Assembly: GCA_036336835.1 (NCBI GenBank)
Contig: JAYZFK010000001.1
Span: forward strand, 1 to 36,936
Length of the DNA stretch: 36,936 nucleotides
Reading direction: 5' to 3'
DNA from: Myxococcota bacterium
Lineage (GTDB): Bacteria; Myxococcota_A; UBA9160; UBA4427
Under the pieces are notes generated by a model that did not search any database, was not told the origin of the DNA, and saw nothing but the letters and a program-made list of their open reading frames with translations. The position numbers and the translations under genes were made by a program. Of this stretch, positions 29,906 to 36,936 are shown in pieces. The stretch's first letter is position 1, and each line of letters begins with the position of its first letter.

Positions 29906-31102
29906 ATGCTGTTCGCTGCCGGCGACGCCGATGTCGAAGGCGATCCGCTGCGCGACGCGCCCGAGCGGCTGCAGCTGCGACGCGAGCTGCAACGGCTGAT
30001 CGCGGCGCAGTCACCGCCCGAACACGTGAGCAGGCTCGACCAGGCTGGCGAGTTCGATCGCGCACTCCACGCCGAGCTCGGCGCGCTGGGAGTGATGGCG
30101 ATCGGCGGCCCCGCGGATCTGGGGGGCACCGGCGACGTGCGCGATCAGGTGGTGGCGATCGAAGAGCTCGCGGCGGGACCGACGTCGATGGCGGCGTTCA
30201 CCATCCTCCAGTACATGGTGATCCAGGTGCTGGCCGGCTTCGGAAGCGGCCCGCAACGCGGTGTCCTGCGCGACCTGCTCGCGGCGCGCGTGATCGTGTC
30301 GTTCTGCATGAGCGAGCCGGACGGGGGGACCGACGTCGCGCGGGCGATGAAAACCTGGGCGGTTCCTGACGGCGACAGCGACGGCTGGCGGATCCGCGGG
30401 CAGAAGACCTGGATCACGGCGGCGACGATCGCCGACTACCTGCTCGTGCTGGCTCGTACCCGCGAGTGGGAGCGCTCACCCGTAGATGGCGTGACGATGT
30501 TCCTGATCCCCGCCGACAGCAAGGGGATCGAGCGGCGCGAGATCGCCACCTACGGTCTGAACGCCGTCCCCACCTGCGAGGTCCACTTCGATGACGTCCG
30601 CGCGCCGGCGAACTCGCTGGTGGGCGAGGTCGACCGCGGCTTTCGCAATACCTTCGACACGCTCAATCGCGAGCGGCTGAACGCCGCCGCGGCGTCGCTG
30701 GGCGGGGGTCGCGCCGCGCTGGCCTGGGCGATCGACTACGCAAAGCGGAGACAGGCCTTCGAGCGCCCGATCGGCGCCTTCCAGTCGATCCAGCACGCGC
30801 TCGTCGATGGCGCACTCGGTCTCGAGAGCGCGCGTGGACTGATCGTGCGCGCCGCCGAAGTCGAGGCGGCCGGGGGCGATGCGGGCGCGCTCTCGACGAT
30901 GGCGAAGCTCGCCGCCTCACAGGCGGCGACGCGGGCGACGCAGGACGCGATGAACGTGCTCGCGGGACTCGGCTTCAGTCGAGAGATCCCGGTACAGCGC
31001 TGGTTCCGCGACATTCGCTTGTGGACGTTCGCACCGGCGTCGGACGAGATGTGCCGCAACTTCCTGGGCGAGCGCTGGCTCGGGCTGCCTCGCTCGTACT
31101 GA
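29906..31102 (+). CDS. Acyl-CoA dehydrogenase family protein
   Basis: FCMSEPDGGTD, GQKTWIT, EVHFDDV, LNRERL, RQAFERPIGAFQSIQH, GLGFSRE..RWFRD. Confidence 0.93.
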   Translation: MLFAAGDADVEGDPLRDAPERLQLRRELQRLIAAQSPPEHVSRLDQAGEFDRALHAELGALGVMAIGGPADLGGTGDVRDQVVAIEELAAGPTSMAAFTILQYMVIQVLAGFGSGPQRGVLRDLLAARVIVSFCMSEPDGGTDVARAMKTWAVPDGDSDGWRIRGQKTWITAATIADYLLVLARTREWERSPVDGVTMFLIPADSKGIERREIATYGLNAVPTCEVHFDDVRAPANSLVGEVDRGFRNTFDTLNRERLNAAAASLGGGRAALAWAIDYAKRRQAFERPIGAFQSIQHALVDGALGLESARGLIVRAAEVEAAGGDAGALSTMAKLAASQAATRATQDAMNVLAGLGFSREIPVQRWFRDIRLWTFAPASDEMCRNFLGERWLGLPRSY

Positions 31103-31140
31103 CCGCGTCCCCAGAGCCGACTCGAACCCGTGCTCGCGTC

Positions 31141-32088
31141 TCAGGCGTGCAGCGCGCGCGCGAGGCTTCCGAACACCTCCTTGGAGCTGCGTCGCGAGAC
31201 CGCGGCACCCGCTACAAGGGCCGAGCCGTGGAAGGTGCCCGGGTACGAGTGGAGCTCGACCGAAACCCCGGCCTGCATCAGCCGCAGTGCATACTCGATG
31301 CCCTCGTCGCGCAGCGGATCGAACTCCATGGTCGATACATAGGCCGGCGGAAGCTCCGCGAGATCCTTTGCGCGCGCTGGAGCGGCGTAGGGCGAAACCT
31401 CGCCCGTGTGGTCCGGCCCGAGATAGTGACGCCAGCTCCAGACGGCGTTCGGCCGGTTCCAGAGGGGTGTGTCGTCGAACGCACGCATCGATGCGGTCTC
31501 GAGCCGGTCGTCGAGCTCGGGAATCTCGAGCAGCTGGAAGCACAGCGCGGGTCCGCCGCGGTCGCGCGCCAGCAGTGCGGTTGCCGCGGCGAGCCCGCCG
31601 CCGGCGCTCTGCCCCGCGACCGCGAGCCGCGCAGCGTCGATGCCGAGCTCGGCCGCGTTGGCGGCCGTCCAGCACAGCCCGGCATAGCAATCCTCTACGC
31701 CGGCGGGAAAGGGGTGCTCGGGCGCGAGCCGATACTCGACCGACACCACGACCACCTCGAGCTGGGCCGCCGCGGTCTGGCACCAGGCGTCCATCATGTC
31801 GATGTCGCCCATCATGAAGCCGCCGCCGTGGATTTCGTACAGACACGGCCGCGGCCCGGTCCCCGACTTCGGGGTGTAGATGCGGATCGGTACGTCTGGG
31901 TCGCCTTCGCGCCCGGGCACCTCGATGTCGCGCTTCGCGACGTCGTCGCGATCGGGTGGCAAGTTGCCAAACAGCTCGGAGCGCGCCTCCCGCCCGGCCC
32001 GGATCTCGTCGACTGACGAGAGGTCGGAGACGGTCGGCAGCAGGGGGAGGATGTCGCGGAACTCGGGGTCGTAGTTGCGGTCGCTCAT
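31141..32088 (-). CDS. Alpha/beta hydrolase (HSL/GDXG esterase-lipase)
   Basis: IHGGGF, EYRLAPEHPFPA, GQSAGG, FDPLRDEG, GTFHG. Confidence 0.94.
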   Translation of the reverse strand: MSDRNYDPEFRDILPLLPTVSDLSSVDEIRAGREARSELFGNLPPDRDDVAKRDIEVPGREGDPDVPIRIYTPKSGTGPRPCLYEIHGGGFMMGDIDMMDAWCQTAAAQLEVVVVSVEYRLAPEHPFPAGVEDCYAGLCWTAANAAELGIDAARLAVAGQSAGGGLAAATALLARDRGGPALCFQLLEIPELDDRLETASMRAFDDTPLWNRPNAVWSWRHYLGPDHTGEVSPYAAPARAKDLAELPPAYVSTMEFDPLRDEGIEYALRLMQAGVSVELHSYPGTFHGSALVAGAAVSRRSSKEVFGSLARALHA

Positions 32089-32107
32089 CCGTCCAGCCTA
32101 ATCGAGA

Positions 32108-32941
32108 TCAGTCGGATCGTGGAGCCCAGTCTCCGGCAATCGTCACGCGGTGCATGATCCGCCGCTCCCGGTAGTCGGCCAGCGCGTAGTGCTGCGTGCA
32201 CCGGTTGTCCCAGAAGGCGACCGAATCGCGCTCCCAGCGGAAGCGGACCTGGAACTCCGGAGAGCGCACGTGGTCGAACAAGAAGTGGAGGAGCGTCTCG
32301 CTCTCGGCTTCGGCCAGTCCGTCGATGCCCGTGGTGAAGTTCGAGTTGACGAACAGCAGCCGGCGTCCGGTGTCGGGATGGCGACACACCACCGGGTGGC
32401 TGCGCGGAGGCCAGGCGGCCTGCGCCTCCTGGAGGCCACTGATGCTGTGACCTCCCGCGATCGCTCGCACCAGCGGGCCCGTGAGGTCGTGCGTTGCCGT
32501 CAGGCCCTCGAGCATGCGCTGCAGTGGCGGCGACAGCGCCTCGTAGGCGGCGTACATCGAGGCCCAGCAGGTATCGCTCCCGATGTCGGGCAGCTGGACC
32601 GCGCGCAGCATCGCGGCCTTCGGCGGCCGGTCCATGAACGTCGAGTCGGTGTGCCAGCGGTTGGCACCGTCGCGCTCGGGCTCGGTCTGGTCGAGCAGGC
32701 CGAGCGCGGGCAGCTCGGGCAGGTGCCGCCCGAAGGCGTGGACGTCGAGCGCCCCGAAGCGCTGTGCAAACGCGAGGTGCTGCTCCGGCTCGAGCGGCTG
32801 ATCGCGGAAGAACAGCACCAGGTGGTCGAGCAGTGCCTGCTCGAGCGCGGCGTGCTGCGCCTGGTCGAGCGGCTCGCGCAGATCGACGCCCGAGACCTCG
32901 GCCCCGATTTCGCTCGTCAGCGCTCGGACACGGAGCGTCAC
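32108..32941 (-). CDS. TauD/TfdA family Fe(II)/2-oxoglutarate dioxygenase
   Basis: IGAEVSGVDL, VLFFRDQ, WHTDSTF, HPVV..HPDTG, WDNRCTQHYA, RIMHRVT. GTG start at 32941 overlaps the upstream stop (GTGA). Confidence 0.93.
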   Translation of the reverse strand: MTLRVRALTSEIGAEVSGVDLREPLDQAQHAALEQALLDHLVLFFRDQPLEPEQHLAFAQRFGALDVHAFGRHLPELPALGLLDQTEPERDGANRWHTDSTFMDRPPKAAMLRAVQLPDIGSDTCWASMYAAYEALSPPLQRMLEGLTATHDLTGPLVRAIAGGHSISGLQEAQAAWPPRSHPVVCRHPDTGRRLLFVNSNFTTGIDGLAEAESETLLHFLFDHVRSPEFQVRFRWERDSVAFWDNRCTQHYALADYRERRIMHRVTIAGDWAPRSD

Positions 32942-33636
32942 AGCGATCCGCCTCCGCCCGACAGCTGGTACGGCGTGCCCCAGCGATCGCGGTGGCTCAG
33001 CGTCTCCATCGGGATGCGACGCGGGCGCCCGAGCTGCTCGTTGCCGTAGCCGAGGAACACCGCGCACTCCATGAAGATGCGCGGCGGGATGCCCAGGATC
33101 TGCCTGATGCGCTCGCGGCGCAGGAAGAAGAAGGTCGTGAACAAGGACGAGACGCCCAGTCCGTGCGCCGCCAGCATCATGTTCTGACAGGCCTGGAACA
33201 GGCTCACGCCCCGGCCGCCCGGGATCTCGCGCGTCTCGCGCAGCGAGCCATCGGGGTTCTCTGCGTACTCGCCCTTCATTCGGATGCCGCGATCCGGGTT
33301 CCAGCACACGACGACGATCGCGGGCACCTGGTCGAGGTGATCGACCGCGGCGCGGCCCGTGATCGAGCGGCCCGTCGAGTCGGTCAGCTGCTCGCGCGTC
33401 TGAGCCCGTTCCTGGTCGATCGTCGAGAAGGCGTCGATCATCTCGGCCTGGATCTCGCGCTTGATCGCGGGGTCGGTGACCACGATGAACTCCCAGGGCT
33501 GGGTATTGCCCGAGCTGCACGCCATCGTCGCGGCCTCGAGGATGCGATCCATCACCGGCCCGGGGATCGGTCGATCGTGATAGATCCGCGTGGCCCGCAG
33601 GCCATGGATTGCTTCAAAGACCGTCATCTCGGACAT
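32938..33636 (-). CDS. Nitroreductase family protein
   Basis: EAIHGLRATR, ILEAATMACSSGNTQPWEFIVV, ACQNMMLAAHGLGVSS, LGYG. GAGGAG RBS. Confidence 0.92.
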   Translation of the reverse strand: MSEMTVFEAIHGLRATRIYHDRPIPGPVMDRILEAATMACSSGNTQPWEFIVVTDPAIKREIQAEMIDAFSTIDQERAQTREQLTDSTGRSITGRAAVDHLDQVPAIVVVCWNPDRGIRMKGEYAENPDGSLRETREIPGGRGVSLFQACQNMMLAAHGLGVSSLFTTFFFLRRERIRQILGIPPRIFMECAVFLGYGNEQLGRPRRIPMETLSHRDRWGTPYQLSGGGGSL

Positions 33637-33651
33637 CGGTCGAGAGTCTCC

Positions 33652-33768
33652 TCAGAGCGAGCAGCAGCGCCGGGCGCAGTCGCACCGTACGCGGTGCTTC
33701 GGGCCGAGAGCGTCGAGAGTCGCCTCCGGCTCGACGACGTAGACGTCGACGACCGCGATCGGGGTCAT
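33652..33768 (-). CDS. Putative Cys-rich leader peptide (38 aa)
   Basis: MTPIAVVDVYVVEPEATLDALGPKHRVRCDCARRCCSL. Nearly all codons end in G/C. TACCCT lies 6 nt upstream of the ATG, and the TGA overlaps the GAGGAG RBS of the next gene. Confidence 0.5.
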   Translation of the reverse strand: MTPIAVVDVYVVEPEATLDALGPKHRVRCDCARRCCSL

Positions 33769-33774
33769 TCCGTC

Positions 33775-33784
33775 AGGGTACAAT
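33775..33784. promoter_or_regulatory. Candidate bidirectional -10 element
   Basis: AGGGTACAAT gives TACAAT on plus (8 nt before ATG 33793) and TACCCT on minus (6 nt before ATG 33768). Confidence 0.55.
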
Positions 33785-33792
33785 GCACACCC

Positions 33793-34182
33793 ATGGGACG
33801 CGCGATCATCATGCACATCGACCAGGCCCCCTGGGTGCGAGGGGGCCCGCCCGGCGAGGGCGAGCATCCCGAGGGCGGGGGACAGCTGATCGGCGATCTC
33901 GAGCAGGGTCCCTGGGTCCACGTGAACTGGCTGCCGCCGGGTTTCGCAGCGCCTTCGCACAGCCACGACGTCGATGAGGTGATGTACGTGCTGGAGGGCG
34001 GCCTGTCGATGGGCGAGCGCGAGTGCGGCCCCGGCACGGTCGTGTACATCGAGGCCGGTACGCTGTACTCGTTCGCCGTCGGTGACGCGGGCGTGCGTTT
34101 CCTCAACATCCGCAGCGGGCTGGCGAGGTACGCCGAGCAGGGGCGCGCAGCCATCGATCCCTACGCAGACACCACGCCCTGA
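33793..34182 (+). CDS. Cupin domain protein
   Basis: PSHSHDVDEVMYVLEG and GPGTVVYIEAGTLYSF. Real start is ATG 33793 inside ORF 32764..34182. Confidence 0.88.
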   Translation: MGRAIIMHIDQAPWVRGGPPGEGEHPEGGGQLIGDLEQGPWVHVNWLPPGFAAPSHSHDVDEVMYVLEGGLSMGERECGPGTVVYIEAGTLYSFAVGDAGVRFLNIRSGLARYAEQGRAAIDPYADTTP

Positions 34183-34204
34183 ATCGGAGTCCCCGGAATC
34201 CACG

Positions 34205-35857
34205 ATGCTCGAATTTCCCTTCGATCCCGATTCGCTGTTCTCCGACCCGGAGATCGTCCGCACGCGGCGAGCGCTGCGCGAGCGTTGGCACGCCGAGCGT
34301 TTCCAGGACGAGACGACGCTGCCGGGCGCCCTCGCCGAATCGGCACGGCTCGAGCCAGACTTCCCGATCGTTCTGCACTCGCTCGAGCATCCAGGCAGCC
34401 TCACCCTGGGCAGCCTGCATCGCGACTCGCTCGCGATGGCCGGCGCGTTCGCCGCGCGGGGCGTTCGGCACGGGGACGTGGTCGCGGTGCAGCTTCCGAA
34501 CTGGACCGAGACGGCCGTTGCCTACCTGGCACTCGCGACGCTCGGCGCGGTGTTCGTCCCGATCGTGCACATCTATGGCCCGCGCGAGACGGACTGGATC
34601 CTGGATGCCTCGGGTGCGCGCATGTACCTGTGCCCCGATCGCTGGGGCAACCTCGATTTCCTTGATCGCCTCGGCAAGATGCGCACGGCGGAGAAGCTCG
34701 ACGTCGTGATCGTCGGCGACCAGGTGCCCGCGGGAGCGACGGCCTGGGAGGAACTCGTGGCGGATGCACAGGAAGGCTTCGAGCCGCCGCCGCTCGACTC
34801 CCGCGATCCGCTGCTGGTCGTCTACACCTCCGGTACGACCTCCGATCCCAAGGGCGTCGTCCACACGCACGAGACGTTCCTCGCCGAGCTTCGCAACATG
34901 CCGCAGATGCCGATGGATGATCGCGATCTCGTGATGCTTCACCCCTGGCCGGCCGGCCACATCGGCGGCTTGTGTTCGATGCTGGGTCCGATCGTCACGC
35001 GATCGAAGGTGGTGATGATCGATCGCTGGGACCCGGAAGACGCCGCCGATCGAATCGCCGAGCACGGTGTCACCGCGATCGCCGGCACCCCGTTCCACGT
35101 GATGGCGTTGCTCGATCTCGCCGAGGCGGGTGACCCGCGACTCGCCAACATCAACGAAGTGGTGAGCGGCGGAGCGGGGGTGCCGCCGGCGTTGGTCGAA
35201 CGCGCCTCGGTGGTCGGCTGGTCCATGTGGCGATCCTACGGCTCGTCGGAGCACCCGACCGTGAGTGCGGGGAGCCGCTTCGGACCGCTGCGGCCGCGCG
35301 CCTGGACGGATGGCGCGATCTGCCGCGGTACCGAGGTACGCATCGTCGACGACGACGGTCGCGATGTCGAAGCCGGGGCCGAGGGCGAAATCTGGGTTAT
35401 CGGCCCGGAGCAATTCGTCGGTTACAGCGATCCCGCGCGCAACGCCGAGGCGTTCGCCCCCGGCGGCTGGTTTCGCACCGGGGACGTGGGAGTGCTCGAC
35501 GCGGACGGGAATCTCACGATCACCGACAGGCTGAAAGACATCATCATCCGCGGCGGAGAGAATCTGTCGTCGCTCGAGATCGAGGATCTGCTGCAGCGCC
35601 ATCCGGCCGTGGCCGAGGCCGCTGCCGTCGGCTTCCCCGATCCGCGCTACGGCGAACGCGTCTGTGCCTTCGTGGTTCCAACACCGGGGGAGCAGGTTCC
35701 GACCGTCGCGCAGCTCGGCAGCCACTTCGCGCAGCTCGGCGTGGCCCGACAGAAGACGCCCGAGAAGGTGGTCGAGGTCGACGACTTCCCACGCACGGCA
35801 GCTGGCAAGGTCAAGAAGAACGAGCTGCGCAAGCTGCTCGTCGACGAGCCGGACTGA
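34205..35857 (+). CDS. AMP-binding acyl-CoA ligase (cyclohexanecarboxylate-CoA ligase-like)
   Basis: QLPNW, YTSGTTSDPKGVVH, YGSSE, WFRTGD, DRLKDIIIRGGEN, PRTAAGKVKK. Confidence 0.93.
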   Translation: MLEFPFDPDSLFSDPEIVRTRRALRERWHAERFQDETTLPGALAESARLEPDFPIVLHSLEHPGSLTLGSLHRDSLAMAGAFAARGVRHGDVVAVQLPNWTETAVAYLALATLGAVFVPIVHIYGPRETDWILDASGARMYLCPDRWGNLDFLDRLGKMRTAEKLDVVIVGDQVPAGATAWEELVADAQEGFEPPPLDSRDPLLVVYTSGTTSDPKGVVHTHETFLAELRNMPQMPMDDRDLVMLHPWPAGHIGGLCSMLGPIVTRSKVVMIDRWDPEDAADRIAEHGVTAIAGTPFHVMALLDLAEAGDPRLANINEVVSGGAGVPPALVERASVVGWSMWRSYGSSEHPTVSAGSRFGPLRPRAWTDGAICRGTEVRIVDDDGRDVEAGAEGEIWVIGPEQFVGYSDPARNAEAFAPGGWFRTGDVGVLDADGNLTITDRLKDIIIRGGENLSSLEIEDLLQRHPAVAEAAAVGFPDPRYGERVCAFVVPTPGEQVPTVAQLGSHFAQLGVARQKTPEKVVEVDDFPRTAAGKVKKNELRKLLVDEPD

Positions 35858-35921
35858 ACGGACCGCGCTTGCGTGGGCCGTGCCCGCGCGGGTACGGTGT
35901 CCTGGCGAAGGAGTCTCCCGG

Positions 35922-36936
35922 GTGAGCCAGCCCTACATCACGATTACTGCGGATACGCACGCGGGCGCCTCGATCGACGGGTATCGCGACTATCTCGACA
36001 CGAAGGAGCAGCGCGAGTTCGACGAATGGCGCGGTGGCTACCGCAACCCCTCCAAGGGCCACCTCGGCGGAAAGAAGACGAAGAACTGGGACTCCGAAGA
36101 GCGTCGCAAGGACCTCGAGAGCGACGGTGTCGTTGCGGAGGTGATCTTCCCCAACACCGTGCCCCCGTTCTACGAGAAGGCCTTCCACATCGCGCCGCCG
36201 CCGCGCCCCGACCAGTACCCGCGCTGGCGAGCGGGAGCGCGCGCTCACAACCGCTGGCTGTCCGAGTTCTGCTCGGAACAGCCGCACCGCCGAGCCGGCA
36301 TTGGGCTGATCCATCTGAACGACATCGACGACGCGATCGAGGACGTCGAGTGGATCGCGAACAACGGGCTGCGCGGCGGCGTGCTGCTGCCGCTGCCCTC
36401 GCCCTCGGACGTGCATCTCAAGCCGCTCTACCACTCCGACTACGACCGGCTGTGGGCCGCCATCCAGGACTGTGGGCTGGTGATCAACCAGCACTCGGGC
36501 CAGGGCAGTCCCGACTACGGGAAAGAGCAGGGTGGTGACGCGCTGTGGGTGCTCGAGATGCCCTTCTACGTCCAGCGCGGCATTTGTCAGCTGATCATGG
36601 GCGGCGTGTTCGAGCGCTTTCCGAAGCTCAGGTACATCCTGACCGAGTCCGGCTGCGCCTGGGCACCCGGTCTGATGAAGAGCCTCGACGGCATCTTTGC
36701 CGGGATGAAGATGGGCATGATGGGCGAGGTCGACTACTCGAAGTCGAAGCTGCTGTCCGAGCCGCCGAGCTTCTACGCCAAACGCAACTGCTGGTACGGC
36801 GCCAGCTTCCCGTCGCCGCGCGACATCCGCGGCCGCGAGATCGTGGGCAGGGACCGCGTCCTCTGGGGCAACGACTACCCGCACTACGAGGGCTGCTACC
36901 CGCACTCGCGCGAGAACATGCGTTGGGCCTTCGCCG
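35922..36936 (+). CDS. Amidohydrolase family protein, 3' end runs off the window
   Basis: Not in the ORF track. Manual translation from GTG 35922 gives VSQPYITITADTHAG..DGVVAEVIFPN..RAHNRWL..GVFERFPKL..WGNDYPHYEG. AAGGAG RBS. Confidence 0.9.
   Translation, partial: MSQPYITITADTHAGASIDGYRDYLDTKEQREFDEWRGGYRNPSKGHLGGKKTKNWDSEERRKDLESDGVVAEVIFPNTVPPFYEKAFHIAPPPRPDQYPRWRAGARAHNRWLSEFCSEQPHRRAGIGLIHLNDIDDAIEDVEWIANNGLRGGVLLPLPSPSDVHLKPLYHSDYDRLWAAIQDCGLVINQHSGQGSPDYGKEQGGDALWVLEMPFYVQRGICQLIMGGVFERFPKLRYILTESGCAWAPGLMKSLDGIFAGMKMGMMGEVDYSKSKLLSEPPSFYAKRNCWYGASFPSPRDIRGREIVGRDRVLWGNDYPHYEGCYPHSRENMRWAFA

Noticed and set aside
32108..33520. 470-aa TauD ORF with a long N-terminal extension, possible fusion
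   Set aside because: The extension is an off-frame read of the nitroreductase. TauD homology starts at GTG 32941, which overlaps the upstream stop.

Overview
A GC-rich, densely coding bacterial window with about 33 genes. I found no rRNA, tRNA, CRISPR array or intact mobile element. Most genes are catabolic or redox enzymes: DUF3604 protein, amidase, two flavoproteins (one 3-ketosteroid-dehydrogenase-like), DUF1214 protein, epoxide hydrolase, two amidohydrolases, sulfotransferase, two alpha/beta hydrolases, two nitroreductases, acyl-CoA dehydrogenase, acyl-CoA ligase, TauD-family dioxygenase and a cupin. There is also a NAD-linked formate dehydrogenase operon (NuoE-NuoF fusion, MobA-MoaD-like fusion, Cys-type FDH alpha subunit) and a second molybdopterin oxidoreductase. 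The most interesting signals are not in the ORF track. (1) A 38-aa, apparently leaderless, Cys-rich small ORF (33768-33652, minus) ends on the ribosome-binding site of a nitroreductase-TauD operon and is a candidate cysteine-sensing attenuator. (2) Overlapping back-to-back -10 hexamers sit between three divergent gene pairs, and eight starts look leaderless. (3) A cupredoxin lacks both the type-1 copper Cys and Met. (4) The MoaD-like domain ends in EG instead of GG. (5) An AT-richer orphan glycosyltransferase fragment is present. All family calls come from reading motifs by eye; no database searches were run.
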